Shown in pieces: positions 49,337 through 60,229 of a stretch of DNA of 64,000 nucleotides (position 1 is the first letter of the stretch; each line of letters starts with the position of its first letter). Source of the stretch: an uncultured Dactylococcopsis sp. GTDB lineage: Bacteria > Cyanobacteriota > Cyanobacteriia > Cyanobacteriales > Rubidibacteraceae. Where the stretch lies: the NCBI GenBank assembly GCA_964463655.1, contig CAYXDG010000006.1, positions 3,405 through 67,404 on the forward strand, in the 5' to 3' direction. The notes below the pieces were generated by a model, which was not told where the DNA came from, searched no databases, and saw only the letters and a program-made list of their open reading frames with translations. The position numbers and the translations under genes were made by a program.

Positions 49337-51508
49337 TTGGAACTAAGACCCGTGAATTTAGACGTTTGGCCTGGAAAACCAACCCCTCTCGGTGCGACGT
49401 GGGATGGTGAAGGGGTTAACTTTGCAATTTTCTCAGAGAATGCGGAAGAAATAGAACTTTGTTTATTTACTGGACAAGATCATGAAATTCGTCTTCCTCT
49501 CAAAGAAGTGCATAATTATGTTTGGCATGGTTATATTCCTGGATTGCAGCCCGGACAGCGCTATAATTATCGAGTCTATGGAAACTTTATCCCTCAGCAG
49601 GGATATCGATTTAATCGCAAGAAACTCTTACTTGATCCCTATGCTCGTGCGGTAGCTGGAGACATATACTATGGACAAGAAACCTTTGCTTATCCTTGGG
49701 AATCACAGGAGAAAGACTTAGCTTGTTCCAATACAGATGATAGCCATCTCATTCCTAAGTGTGTAGTGGTGAATAATGTGTTTGACTGGGAAGGAGATAA
49801 ACCGCTACAAACTCCTTGGTATCAAACGATTATCTATGAAGTTCATGTCAAAGGCTTTACTCAACAACATCCCAAAATTCCTCAACACTTGCGGGGGACT
49901 TATGCAGGGTTAGCCCATCCCACTGCTATTAGCCATTTTAAATCGTTGGGGGTGAGTGCGATCGAATTACTCCCTGTCCATCACTTTTTACGCTATCCAG
50001 GCCATTTAGTGGATAAAGGACTGCATAACTATTGGGGGTATGATTCAATTGCCTATTTTGCCCCATATTCGGAGTATAGCGCAGGCGATCGCCTAGGAGG
50101 ACAAGTTAAAGAATTTAAAGGGATGGTCAAGGCGCTCCATCAAGCAGGGATTGAAGTCATTCTGGATGTGGTCTATAACCATACGGGAGAAGGAAACCAT
50201 TTTGGGCCAACAATTTGTTTTCGGGGAATTGATAATGTGGCTTATTATCGTTTAGTGGATGATGATCCGCGCTACTATATGGACTTTACAGGTTGTGGGA
50301 ATTCTCTCAATGTACGTCATCCGCAAATTCTTAAACTAATTATGGATAGTCTGCGCTATTGGGTGGAAGAAATGCACGTGGATGGGTTTCGCTTTGATTT
50401 GGCTTCAGCTTTAGCGCGAGAATTGTATGAGGTGGATAGTTTAGCCGCGTTTTTTAATATTATTCATCAAGACCCTGTGCTGTCCAATGTCAAATTAATT
50501 GCTGAACCTTGGGACTTGGGAGAGGGAGGGTATCAAGTGGGAAACTTTCCCCTTCTCTGGTCAGAATGGAATGGTAAATATCGGGATACAGTCAGAGATT
50601 TTTGGCGAGGTGAAGAGAATATCTTAACCGAGTTTGCGTTTCGCTTTACAGGGAGTCCCGACTTATATCAAGCCAATGGAAAACTTCCTCATGCTAGTAT
50701 TAATTTTATGACAGCCCATGACGGATTTACCCTGCGTGATTTAGTTAGTTACAACGAGAAGCATAATCACGCCAATGGGGAAAATAATCATGATGGGGAA
50801 GATTATAATCGATCGTGGAATTGTGGCGCAGAAGGAGCAACAGACGATACAGACATTTTACAACTGCGATCGCGCCAACAACGAAACTTTCTGACCACTC
50901 TCATGTTATCCCAAGGCGTTCCCATGCTCTTAGGCGGTGATGAAATGGGACGCACCCAACAGGGGAATAATAACGCTTATTGCCAAGATAATGAGCTAAC
51001 ATGGTTTAATTGGGCTTTATCGCCAGAAAACGAAGCTCTACTGGCTTTTACACAAGATTTAATTGCCTTTCGCCAACAACATCCCGTTTTCCATCGTCGC
51101 AACTGGTTTCAGGACCGCACCATTTATGGGTCACAAGTGAGAGGTTTAAGTTGGTATCATCCTGATGGCAATCAGTTAAGGGAAGATCAATGGCGAGAGA
51201 ATCAGCAGATGAAAGGGATCATGGGGTTTCTCAATGGAAATGAACTATCCGCACCTGATCCGCGAGGGAAACCAGTGTGCGGTGATAGTTTCTTGTTACT
51301 GTTTAATCGTCATGATGAAGAAACAAGATTTAAATTGCCAAGAGTTTTGCAACAATGGCGTTGGGAAGCGGTGATTGATACGACTCAAGTGCGGTTGTTA
51401 TCAGGGGAAACGGTTTACACAGGAGAAGAGGAGATTGTCTTAAAGACTCTTTCTCTGTTAGTCTTGAAAGGAATTGCTCAAGAGGGCGATCGCGTTTCAA
51501 GCCTTTAA
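49337..51508 (+). CDS. glgX: Glycogen debranching enzyme (isoamylase)
   Basis: [43 protein letters not shown]. Confidence 0.96.
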   Translation: MELRPVNLDVWPGKPTPLGATWDGEGVNFAIFSENAEEIELCLFTGQDHEIRLPLKEVHNYVWHGYIPGLQPGQRYNYRVYGNFIPQQGYRFNRKKLLLDPYARAVAGDIYYGQETFAYPWESQEKDLACSNTDDSHLIPKCVVVNNVFDWEGDKPLQTPWYQTIIYEVHVKGFTQQHPKIPQHLRGTYAGLAHPTAISHFKSLGVSAIELLPVHHFLRYPGHLVDKGLHNYWGYDSIAYFAPYSEYSAGDRLGGQVKEFKGMVKALHQAGIEVILDVVYNHTGEGNHFGPTICFRGIDNVAYYRLVDDDPRYYMDFTGCGNSLNVRHPQILKLIMDSLRYWVEEMHVDGFRFDLASALARELYEVDSLAAFFNIIHQDPVLSNVKLIAEPWDLGEGGYQVGNFPLLWSEWNGKYRDTVRDFWRGEENILTEFAFRFTGSPDLYQANGKLPHASINFMTAHDGFTLRDLVSYNEKHNHANGENNHDGEDYNRSWNCGAEGATDDTDILQLRSRQQRNFLTTLMLSQGVPMLLGGDEMGRTQQGNNNAYCQDNELTWFNWALSPENEALLAFTQDLIAFRQQHPVFHRRNWFQDRTIYGSQVRGLSWYHPDGNQLREDQWRENQQMKGIMGFLNGNELSAPDPRGKPVCGDSFLLLFNRHDEETRFKLPRVLQQWRWEAVIDTTQVRLLSGETVYTGEEEIVLKTLSLLVLKGIAQEGDRVSSL

Positions 51509-52512
51509 GTAAACTGTCTGAGGAAGCGTAAATCGCTATTATACAACCGACGAATATCATCCATTTGGTGTAAAACCATGGCAAAACGTTCAACACCTAA
51601 ACCCGCAGCAAAACCTGTATATTTTTCAGGATCATAGCCCACTGCTTTCATCACATTGGGGTCAACCATCCCACAACCCAACACTTCTAACCACTTTCCT
51701 TTCCACTGAACATCTACTTCTGCTGAGGGTTCGGTGAAGGGGAAATAACTTGTCCGAAAGCGTACCGCTAAATCATCCCCAAACATTTGTCGTAAAAACT
51801 CTTTAATGCTTCCTCGCAAGTCTGTGAATCTTAATCCTTCCTCGATCGCTAAAATTTCTAATTGATGGAAGACTGCCGAGTGAGTTGCGTCAACAGTATC
51901 TCGCCGATAAACCCGTCCTGGTGCAATTACCCGAATCGGAGGATCATGTTTTTCCATGTAGCGAATTTGTACAGAAGAGGTATGAGTCCGCAATAACTTC
52001 CCATCTGGAAGATAAAAGGTATCCTGCATATCTCGCGCTGGATGGTCTTGGGGAGTGTTGAGCGCTTCAAAGTTGTAGTAATCGCTTTCTACCTCAAACC
52101 CTTCGGCGACAGTGTAGCCTAACCCAACAAAAATGTCCAACATTTTGTCAATCATCCCATTGAGGGGATGAACTTGTCCCAGTGGACGCATCACCCCAGG
52201 CATTGTGACATCAAGGGTTTCTGTGGCGAGTTGGGCTGCTAGCTGTGAGCGCTGTAAAGTTTCACGGCTTTGCTCGATCGCGTTTTGAATTTCTTCCTTA
52301 ACATCATTAGCCAGTGAGCCAATGCGGGGACGTTCCTCTGCTGATAATTTTCCCATCCCCCGCAACACTTGGGAGAGTTGGCCTTTTTTTCCCAGATATT
52401 GCACTCGCAGTTGTTCAAGCGAATCTAAATCATGGCTCTGCGCGATCGCGCTCATTGCTTCAGTTTTTAAGTCTGTAAGTTGGGTTTCTAAATCTAAGGA
52501 AGAAGAAGTCAT
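51505..52512 (-). CDS. pheS: Phenylalanine--tRNA ligase alpha subunit
   Basis: [38 protein letters not shown]. Confidence 0.97.
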   Translation of the reverse strand: MTSSSLDLETQLTDLKTEAMSAIAQSHDLDSLEQLRVQYLGKKGQLSQVLRGMGKLSAEERPRIGSLANDVKEEIQNAIEQSRETLQRSQLAAQLATETLDVTMPGVMRPLGQVHPLNGMIDKMLDIFVGLGYTVAEGFEVESDYYNFEALNTPQDHPARDMQDTFYLPDGKLLRTHTSSVQIRYMEKHDPPIRVIAPGRVYRRDTVDATHSAVFHQLEILAIEEGLRFTDLRGSIKEFLRQMFGDDLAVRFRTSYFPFTEPSAEVDVQWKGKWLEVLGCGMVDPNVMKAVGYDPEKYTGFAAGLGVERFAMVLHQMDDIRRLYNSDLRFLRQFT

Positions 52513-52693
52513 GTTGACAAGGGGGGTAATCAATCTCTATCAGTTTAACAAGCAGTGCATCAAGCCGAACCGAGTTAACATCAAAAACAAACCTAAAAGT
52601 TCGCGCTATTGTGTTTAAAAAAGTTGTAGCATAAATAACAACTCAGTAAAGATTAGACTGTACAAATAAATAGTAAGTTAAACCGTTTGAGCA

Positions 52694-54565
52694 GTGGGTT
52701 ATCCAAATCAGACACAACAAATTCCCAATCCCCCCGCAATCGTAGAATCCGTTCAACGATGCACAGGCGCTTATGCCCTAATGGACAGTTTAAAGCGACA
52801 TGGCGTTAAACATATTTTCGGTTATCCCGGGGGTGCGATTCTCCCCATTTACGATGAACTCCATCGCGCCGAAGCACGGGGAGATGTCAAACATATTTTA
52901 GTCCGTCACGAACAAGCTGCAGCCCATGCTGCGGATGGATATGCACGCGCGACAGGGAAGGTGGGCGTTTGCTTCGCCACTTCCGGCCCTGGGGCGACTA
53001 ACTTAGTGACAGGACTCGCCACCGCCCACATGGACTCGATTCCAATGGTAGCAATTACAGGACAAGTTGCCCGTCCCGCCATTGGAACTGACGCTTTCCA
53101 AGAAACTGACATTTTTGGGATTACCCTTCCCATTATCAAGCATTCTTATGTGGTGCGTCACGCTAGTGATATGGCAAGAATCATCGCGGAAGCGTTTCAC
53201 ATTGCCAGCACGGGACGACCGGGACCTGTTTTAATTGATATTCCCAAAGATGTGGGCTTTGAAGAATGCGATTATGTCCCCGTAGCTCCTGGAAAAGTTC
53301 ATCTTCCAGGTTTTCCTCCCACTCAAAACCCTCACCCAACTACCTTCTCCCAAGCAATTAAGCTGATTGAAGCCGCTGAACGTCCTTTACTATATGTTGG
53401 GGGTGGAGCGATTACCTCTGGCGCTGATCAGGAAATTAAGCAGCTTGCAGAGCATTTTCAAATCCCTGTGACGACCACCTTGATGGGGTTGGGGTCATTT
53501 GATGAAAATCATCCCCTCTCTGTGTCAATGTTGGGAATGCACGGCACCGCTTATGCTAATTATGCAGTGAGCGAGTGCGATTTGTTAATTGCGGTTGGCG
53601 CAAGATTTGACGATCGCGTCACAGGAAAATTAGATGAGTTTGCTTCCCGTGCCAAAGTGATTCATTTTGACATCGACCCAGCAGAAGTGGGGAAAAACCG
53701 CGCTCCTGATGTAGCGGTTGTGGGGGATGTCCGCACCTGTTTACAGCAAATGCTCAAGCGGATTGAAGAGTTAAACATTCCTCAAAATAGCGATCGCACC
53801 AAATCTTGGTTAGCGCGAATCAATCGCTGGCGAGAAATCTATCCCTTAGTTGTTCCTCATTATGAGGACTCCATTTCTCCCCAAGAAGTGATTGTGGAAG
53901 TGGGAAAACAAGCCCCCTACGCCTACTATACAACCGATGTGGGACAACATCAGATGTGGGCTGCCCAGTTCATTCAATATGGCCCGCGACGCTGGATTTC
54001 TAGCTCTGGTTTAGGGACAATGGGGTATGGCTTACCTGCAGCAATGGGGGTTAAAATCGCCGTTGAGGAGGAACAGGTCATCTGTATTAGCGGTGATGCC
54101 AGTTTCCAGATGAACTTGCAAGAATTGGGAACATTAGCGCAATATGGCATTCAGGTGAAAACTGTCCTGATTAATAACGGTTGGCAAGGAATGGTGCGAC
54201 AATGGCAACAAACCTTCTTCCAAGAACGCTATTCGGCTTCAAATATGCAGGTGGGAATGCCTGATTTTGTTAAGTTGTGTGAAGCATACGGGGTGAAAGG
54301 AATGCTGGTGCGCGATCGCGCAGAATTATCTAGTGCGATCGCCGAAATGCTCAATCATGACGGCCCCGTCTTACTGGATGCTCAAGTAACCAAAGACGAA
54401 AACTGTTATCCAATGGTCGCGCCAGGAAAAAGCAATGCTCAAATGCTCGGCTTACCTGAAATTCAGCCATTAGACCAAGCAGTTGAAGGGGTTTACTGTA
54501 GCAACTGTCGCGCTCAAAATCCAGCAATGAACAAGTTTTGTCCTGAATGTGGCACGAAACTCTAA
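52694..54565 (+). CDS. ilvB: Acetolactate synthase large subunit with C-terminal zinc ribbon
   Basis: [34 protein letters not shown]; CSNC..CPEC. Confidence 0.95.
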   Translation: MGYPNQTQQIPNPPAIVESVQRCTGAYALMDSLKRHGVKHIFGYPGGAILPIYDELHRAEARGDVKHILVRHEQAAAHAADGYARATGKVGVCFATSGPGATNLVTGLATAHMDSIPMVAITGQVARPAIGTDAFQETDIFGITLPIIKHSYVVRHASDMARIIAEAFHIASTGRPGPVLIDIPKDVGFEECDYVPVAPGKVHLPGFPPTQNPHPTTFSQAIKLIEAAERPLLYVGGGAITSGADQEIKQLAEHFQIPVTTTLMGLGSFDENHPLSVSMLGMHGTAYANYAVSECDLLIAVGARFDDRVTGKLDEFASRAKVIHFDIDPAEVGKNRAPDVAVVGDVRTCLQQMLKRIEELNIPQNSDRTKSWLARINRWREIYPLVVPHYEDSISPQEVIVEVGKQAPYAYYTTDVGQHQMWAAQFIQYGPRRWISSSGLGTMGYGLPAAMGVKIAVEEEQVICISGDASFQMNLQELGTLAQYGIQVKTVLINNGWQGMVRQWQQTFFQERYSASNMQVGMPDFVKLCEAYGVKGMLVRDRAELSSAIAEMLNHDGPVLLDAQVTKDENCYPMVAPGKSNAQMLGLPEIQPLDQAVEGVYCSNCRAQNPAMNKFCPECGTKL

Positions 54566-54585
54566 AAATGGCTAGGTAGAGAAAC

Positions 54586-54614
54586 ATCCCTCAACCAATG
54601 GTTGGGGGATTTTT
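54586..54614 (+). terminator. Hairpin with U-tract after ilvB
   Basis: ATCCCTCAACC-AAT-GGTTGGGGGAT followed by TTTT. Confidence 0.65.
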
Positions 54615-54645
54615 GGGTGAGTCCCTACATTAACTTGGTCACTGT

Positions 54646-55143
54646 TTACCAACCCCAAGTCCCCGCTGCCCCCTTAAACGGGCCGACAATATCGCTAGTG
54701 ATCCAACCGCCATAGAAATCTCCAGCTTGCGCTTGGGTTTGTTCCCCATCCACATAACAGGCCTCCATTTTAGCTGGATAAAAAGCGAAATAACCAGCAA
54801 TTTCAGGGTAACGCTGACTGGGATTCGGATAATCCCAAACGCCATTCATCGCTTCTTGATCTCCCACTTTTAAGGTATAGTAACGAGCTTTTCCTTTCCA
54901 CTCGCAAAACGTTTGATAGTTGGTTTGAGTTAAATATTCCTGTTTAACATCTTCTGCGGGAATGTAATAGACAGGGGGATGGCTCGTTTCTAACATTCTC
55001 AGAGATTTTGTGGTGTCTGCGATGACTTCCCCATTAAATACCACTTGGATATGCTTAGAGGAGGGTTCTAAGCGGGGAGGACGAGGATAATCCCACACTG
55101 ATTCTTGTCCTGGTTTCGGTTCGATGCGTTGACGATTAAACAT
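54646..55143 (-). CDS. DUF427 domain protein
   Basis: ESVWDYPRPP, ETSHPPVYY, CEWKG, GDFYGGWIT. Confidence 0.9.
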   Translation of the reverse strand: MFNRQRIEPKPGQESVWDYPRPPRLEPSSKHIQVVFNGEVIADTTKSLRMLETSHPPVYYIPAEDVKQEYLTQTNYQTFCEWKGKARYYTLKVGDQEAMNGVWDYPNPSQRYPEIAGYFAFYPAKMEACYVDGEQTQAQAGDFYGGWITSDIVGPFKGAAGTWGW

Positions 55144-55155
55144 GATTCATTATTC

Positions 55156-55383
55156 TTAGGAATTGATCAAAGGAATGCGCGATCGCTGCAATTGTTCTTC
55201 AGTTACCCAAACACTGTGAAATCCATAAGGAACTCGTTGAGGCATAATCACTCTTGCCACCGGCTCGGCTGTGAAATTTTTGCCATCAATCACCACTAAC
55301 TCAGAGGTGTCTTGGTTGGTATCATGAACAAAGGTTAACACCCAACCGTCATCTTCTTCCATGCTATCTGGACGGGGGACAAA
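55156..55383 (-). pseudogene. C-terminal remnant of a carotenoid oxygenase (RPE65/CCD family)
   Basis: FVPRPDSMEEDDGWVLTFVHD...PVARVIMPQRVPYGFH. Similarity stops upstream of FVPRP. Confidence 0.8.
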
Positions 55384-55521
55384 AGATCGAAAAAGTAAAA
55401 TGAGGAAAGAAATGTTGTTTCATCGGCTTCAGGAACATACCCTTCAGGCTTTCACAAGTTTAATAAATAGAATGTGTTGATTTTAATTTTATCTGAAATC
55501 CTTTAAGTTTGCTACTAAATT

Positions 55522-57810
55522 ATGTATGACTGGCAAGTTTTATCCCCAATTGAAATTCCTCAATCATTTTTAGAGGCTGTTGCCGAGTATCAGCCTGAAT
55601 ATCCAGAATATACCGCACAATTGTTATGGCAAAGAGGAATCTGCGATCGCACAACTTTAAACCAATTTCTTAACCCTACTATTTATCTTCCTACATCTGG
55701 ATTTACGGCCTTTGGACAACAAATGAACTGGGCGATCGCGCGGTTAAAAAAAGCGTGGGAAACCCAAGAAAAAGTCACGATTTGGGGGGATTTTGATGCA
55801 GATGGAGTCACTGCAACCAGTGTCCTTTGGGAAGGATTATTGCCGTTTTTCTCACCCGAAACCCTTACTTATTATATCCCAAATCGTCTCACAGAATCTC
55901 ATGGCTTAAACCAACAGGGGTTAGAAAGGTTAGCAGCAAAAGGGGTTAGTTTAGTGATTACTTGCGATACAGGAAGCACGAACTTAGACGAGATTGAAAT
56001 TGCAAAAACTTTGGGCATTGATATTATGATTACTGACCATCATACCCTACCTTTAGAAGACCCAGATGTGGTTGCTATTCTCAATCCCAGATATCTGTCA
56101 AAAGATCATCCCCTTTCCTCTCTTTCTGGGGTTGCAGTTGCTTATAAACTCATTGAATCTCTCTATGAAAGTTTCCCTGATATTCCCAACAAACCAGCAG
56201 AAGACTTATTAGATTTAGTGGCGATCGGACTGATTGCAGATTTAGTAGAATTGCGAGGAGACTGTCGCTATTTAGCCCAAATTGGCATTCAAAAATTAGC
56301 CCAACAACTCAATCATCCCACTCGTCCTGGAATTGCAAAGTTATTAAAATTATGCAAACGCACTGGCGATCGCCCGATGGATATTTCCTTCGGTCTTGGC
56401 CCTCGAATTAATGCGATTAGTCGCATTCAAGGAGATGCCAGTTTTGCGGTAGAATTATTAACCAGTGAAGACGAAAAACTCTGTCAAGAATTAGCCCGAA
56501 AAACAGAAACTGCTAATACTCGCCGAAAAGAACTGCAAAAAGAAATGGAACAAGATGTCAAACGGCGAGTTAACGATCTAGATTTATCGACAACGGGAGT
56601 AATTATCTTAGCAGATGCACAATGGCAAGCTGGGATTTTAGGATTAGTGGCTGGAAAAATTGCTCAAGAATATGCCCGTCCAACCATTCTTTTAAATCTA
56701 GATAGTTCTGGTTTTGCAAGAGGTTCAGCGCGGTCAGTGCAACAAATTGATCTCTATGAATTGCTGCGATCGAAACAACATTTATTACATCGTTTTGGCG
56801 GTCATCCCTTTGCTGCTGGACTCAGCTTAAAAGTAGAAAACCTCTCCATTTTTCAAGAAGCAATTAATCAGCAATTTCGTCAAAAGTATGGCTTACAGAC
56901 TCCTGAACCGATCATCAATATTGATTTAACCGTAACCGTACAGGAATTAGGAAAAGACTTATTTAAGTCATTGAAATTGTTAGAACCTTATGGGATGGGA
57001 AACCCTCTCCCACGGTTACTGATCAAAAACTGCTGGTTTACAGAAGTTTGGAATAAAAATATCCAAGATTATACCAAGAAGAAAGTGCAGTATATTCGGA
57101 CAACATTTAAGATTTGCGATCGCACAAAACCAGAAGGCTTTCATGGGATGTGGTGGGGACATTATAAAGATGAACTACCTGAAAATCAATCGTTTGATGC
57201 AGTAGTAGAATTAGATTTGAATACTTATGAGAAACGCCATGAAGTGCGGTTAATCGATTTAAAAATTAGCGAGGAAAAAATGTCTCATCACAATCAAAAA
57301 AGGGAAGACATCTTGATTCTTGATCGCCGTGGAGAAAGCAACGATTCCGCAGTAATAATGAATCTTAATCAACCTGTAATTAAACTAGAAACTTGTCCTC
57401 GAAATTGGGAAGAATTAGGAAAAACTCTGCAAATTGCCAAACGAGAAAATAGCGCGATCGCTCTCACCTACACTTATCCCCAACCGTTATCTCCAGAAGA
57501 GATTTGGAAACAGCTGCTTGGGATTGCAAAATATCTGAGTCGTACTGGACAACTGATTACAGTTGAGAAACTCCAAAATGAATTACAGTTGAGTCGAACA
57601 ACCATAGAATTAGGACTAGCAGCGCTCATCGAGATCGGCTTTATCATTGAAGGAGAAGAACTGATCAAACTAATTGGAAACGCCAATTCTGATCTGTTCC
57701 ATGAAGAGAAAGTCAAAGTGTTTTTAGAAACAGTTCGAGAAGAACAATTTCGTTGTCAGTATTTCTCCGAAGTTCCTACCGAAGTGATTACAGCAGCGAC
57801 TCATTTCTAA
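55522..57810 (+). CDS. recJ: Single-stranded-DNA-specific exonuclease RecJ
   Basis: GDFDADG, TCDTG, ITDHH, RGSARS, GGHPFAAG. Confidence 0.95.
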   Translation: MYDWQVLSPIEIPQSFLEAVAEYQPEYPEYTAQLLWQRGICDRTTLNQFLNPTIYLPTSGFTAFGQQMNWAIARLKKAWETQEKVTIWGDFDADGVTATSVLWEGLLPFFSPETLTYYIPNRLTESHGLNQQGLERLAAKGVSLVITCDTGSTNLDEIEIAKTLGIDIMITDHHTLPLEDPDVVAILNPRYLSKDHPLSSLSGVAVAYKLIESLYESFPDIPNKPAEDLLDLVAIGLIADLVELRGDCRYLAQIGIQKLAQQLNHPTRPGIAKLLKLCKRTGDRPMDISFGLGPRINAISRIQGDASFAVELLTSEDEKLCQELARKTETANTRRKELQKEMEQDVKRRVNDLDLSTTGVIILADAQWQAGILGLVAGKIAQEYARPTILLNLDSSGFARGSARSVQQIDLYELLRSKQHLLHRFGGHPFAAGLSLKVENLSIFQEAINQQFRQKYGLQTPEPIINIDLTVTVQELGKDLFKSLKLLEPYGMGNPLPRLLIKNCWFTEVWNKNIQDYTKKKVQYIRTTFKICDRTKPEGFHGMWWGHYKDELPENQSFDAVVELDLNTYEKRHEVRLIDLKISEEKMSHHNQKREDILILDRRGESNDSAVIMNLNQPVIKLETCPRNWEELGKTLQIAKRENSAIALTYTYPQPLSPEEIWKQLLGIAKYLSRTGQLITVEKLQNELQLSRTTIELGLAALIEIGFIIEGEELIKLIGNANSDLFHEEKVKVFLETVREEQFRCQYFSEVPTEVITAATHF

Positions 57811-57850
57811 TTAATTTTGTAGCAATTGTTTTGACAAACATCCTTCCCAA

Positions 57851-59236
57851 TTAAATAGATTGAGAAAAGGCTTTCTTTTGACGTTTTTTCAGGTAAGTAT
57901 CAAAGACGCTGGCAATATTGCGAATCAATAATCGTCCTGCTGGCGTAACTTCAATTTCATCCCCTTGAATTTCCACTAAGCCATCTTTTGCTAGGGCTTT
58001 TAATTCGGTATATTCTGAGGCAAAATAGTCTGAGAAATTCGCATCCAGTTTGATGTTATATTTCTCTCGCCAACGCTGCGGAGACAAATGAAATTGACAC
58101 ATTAATTCAATGATAATCGATCGCCGTAACTGGTCTTCTCCGTTTAATTGCACGCCTTTGGCTAGGGGAAACTGATTGTTATCAATGTTGCGATAGTAGT
58201 CTTTGATCCGCTTTTGATTTTGGGCATAAACGTCTTGCAACATACTGATTCCTGTCATCCCAAAGGAGAGAAGATCGGAATCGGGTTGGGTAGTATAGCC
58301 TTGAAAATTGCGATGTAATTCCCCATTTCGTTGCGCGATCGCGAGTTCGTCATCAGGTTTGGCAAAATGATCCATTCCGATAAAAACATACCCCTGATTC
58401 GTCAGTTTTTCAATGGACATCTGCAAGATTTTTAACTTTTCTTCCCCACTGGGTAATGCAGATTCTGGAAGACGTTTTTGCACAGGTTTTAACCAAGGAA
58501 CATACGCAAAACTAAACACCGCCACGCGATCGGGATTTAATTGAATTGTCTTTTTAATGGTCTCTTGAAATGTCTCTAACGTTTGATAGGGCAATCCATA
58601 GACTAAATCAACATTAACACTTTCAAAACCTGCTTCTCGTATCCATTCCATGACATTAAATAGCATGGTTTCAGATTGAACACGATTAATGGCTTCTTGC
58701 ACTTTTGGATTAAAATCTTGAATGCCAAAACTAATGCGATTAAACCCTAAATCTCGCAAAAACATCAGATAGTTTTTATCCACAGATTTGGGATTAATTT
58801 CAAGGGAAACTTCTGCATTGTCTTCTAAGGAAAACGCTTGACTCATCTTTGTCCATAGCTTTTCCACTTGTTCTAAATTAAGATAGTTAGGCGTTCCGCC
58901 TCCCCAATGAAATTGATTCACTTTTCGATTAGAATCTACTAAAGAAGTCACTTGGTCAATGTTTCTAAAAACATAATCCAAATAAGGCTCAGCAAACTCT
59001 TTCCGTTGGGTAATTAAGGTATTGCAACCGCAGAAATAACAGGGGGTTTCACAAAAGGGAATATGACAATACAACGAGAGGGGTGTTTGATTCCCCACTG
59101 CGATCGCGTTTTTAAATGCGTTTGTCTCAAAGGATTCTTTTAGTTCCGTTGCAGGGGGATAACTGGTGTAACGAGGGAGAGGGCGATCGTATTTTTTCAG
59201 AAGTTCGGTGTCAAATTCAACAGTTTTAATGGTCAT
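57851..59236 (-). CDS. hemN: Oxygen-independent coproporphyrinogen III oxidase
   Basis: PRYTSYP, HIPFCETPCYFCGCN radical SAM motif, GGGTP, RNFQGY. Confidence 0.95.
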   Translation of the reverse strand: MTIKTVEFDTELLKKYDRPLPRYTSYPPATELKESFETNAFKNAIAVGNQTPLSLYCHIPFCETPCYFCGCNTLITQRKEFAEPYLDYVFRNIDQVTSLVDSNRKVNQFHWGGGTPNYLNLEQVEKLWTKMSQAFSLEDNAEVSLEINPKSVDKNYLMFLRDLGFNRISFGIQDFNPKVQEAINRVQSETMLFNVMEWIREAGFESVNVDLVYGLPYQTLETFQETIKKTIQLNPDRVAVFSFAYVPWLKPVQKRLPESALPSGEEKLKILQMSIEKLTNQGYVFIGMDHFAKPDDELAIAQRNGELHRNFQGYTTQPDSDLLSFGMTGISMLQDVYAQNQKRIKDYYRNIDNNQFPLAKGVQLNGEDQLRRSIIIELMCQFHLSPQRWREKYNIKLDANFSDYFASEYTELKALAKDGLVEIQGDEIEVTPAGRLLIRNIASVFDTYLKKRQKKAFSQSI

Positions 59237-59276
59237 TATTTTTGTTATTTGTTATTTGTTCTTGGTTCTTTGTTCC

Positions 59277-59319
59277 CCCCTTTCAAAGCCGGAGCTTTAG
59301 TGAGGAGGTTAGGGGGGAT
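59277..59319. repeat. Small dispersed repeat CCCCTTTCAAAG...GTGAGGAGGTTAGGGGGGAT, preceded by degenerate TTATTTG heptamers
   Basis: Aligns with 32820-32864. Confidence 0.7.
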
Positions 59320-59321
59320 TG

Positions 59322-60062
59322 CTAACTGGTAACTAACTGGTCGCTGCTAACTGCTTTTTCCGTGCTACCAGGTTTGTCTTGACGGGTAAGAAGATCAAAC
59401 ATTCGATCGCCAATGCTTTCTTTTATTTCATCTTCTAATTCATGGAACACATCGCGATTCAATTGAAACACATAATTCGCTTCTTCCACGATCGCGCTGA
59501 CGGTTTCTTCATCAACGGAAATCGAGTTTAACGCATCCCGATATTTTGCCTTAAATTCACGTTTTGCTTCCACAGTTTGCATTGCGTCAAATTCATGTAA
59601 TCCTGTTCCTTGATCAGGAGGTAAATCCATCGCCGATCGCGCAATTTTTCTTAAACTTTGACCACCGGAAAGATCGCCCAGATAACGCACATAAGAATGG
59701 GCAATTAACCGTTCTGGTTGCGTTTCACTGATTTCTTTGATGCGATTGACGTAAACTTGTCCTGCTGGAGAAGCAGAGATTTTGTTTTGCCAATCATCTC
59801 CGAAATAAAAAGCTAAATCTTCTTCCAGTTTCTGTTTCCGTTCCAACTCTGGGAAATAAATTTTTCCCACCACAGGATGTTCCCGATGACGATAAATTTC
59901 TGCTTCTAGGGTGGAATAGACAAAATACAAATCTGCGGTGAGTTCTGCAAAGGGCTTTTTCTCCATTACGCCTTTGAGAAAGCATTTCATAAACGCAGTA
60001 TTTTCCGAAGCGGTGTGAGACTGTTTCGTTCCTTCACGGAGTCGTTGCGCGAGATGACTCAT
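59322..60062 (-). CDS. ho2: Heme oxygenase, Ho2 type
   Basis: SHTASENTAFMKCFLKG, YLGDLSGGQ, and the LLTRQDKPGSTE tail characteristic of cyanobacterial Ho2. Confidence 0.9.
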   Translation of the reverse strand: MSHLAQRLREGTKQSHTASENTAFMKCFLKGVMEKKPFAELTADLYFVYSTLEAEIYRHREHPVVGKIYFPELERKQKLEEDLAFYFGDDWQNKISASPAGQVYVNRIKEISETQPERLIAHSYVRYLGDLSGGQSLRKIARSAMDLPPDQGTGLHEFDAMQTVEAKREFKAKYRDALNSISVDEETVSAIVEEANYVFQLNRDVFHELEDEIKESIGDRMFDLLTRQDKPGSTEKAVSSDQLVTS

Positions 60063-60134
60063 GATTCAATCCCTCTTCAAATCTTTATTATTATTTATGA
60101 CTATAAAGTGATAAACTACAAATTGCACTCAATT

Positions 60135-60150
60135 TGTAAAATTCTTTACA
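60135..60150. promoter_or_regulatory. TGTA-N8-TACA NtcA-consensus palindrome in the ho2/acsF divergent promoter
   Basis: TGTA-AAATTCTT-TACA. Extends to TTTGTAAA-N4-TTTACAAA (60133-60152). Confidence 0.45.
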
Positions 60151-60173
60151 AAGTTTGACGAAACGAGTGGCGA

Positions 60174-60206
60174 ATCCATTGGATATGTCTATGATATCCA
60201 TTGAAT
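60174..60206. promoter_or_regulatory. Direct repeat ATCCATTG(G/A)AT with 22-bp period; first copy palindromic
   Basis: 60174-60184 and 60196-60206, flanking a TATGAT -10-like hexamer at 60190-60195. Confidence 0.35.
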
Positions 60207-60229
60207 AACTTTAAGGAGAAAGTGTAACC

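Noticed and set aside
52626-52639. GTA-N8-AAC upstream of ilvB as an NtcA site
   Set aside because: One mismatch and no -10 box at the canonical spacing.
54480-54565. Zinc ribbon fused to IlvB
   Set aside because: A usual feature of cyanobacterial acetolactate synthase large subunits.
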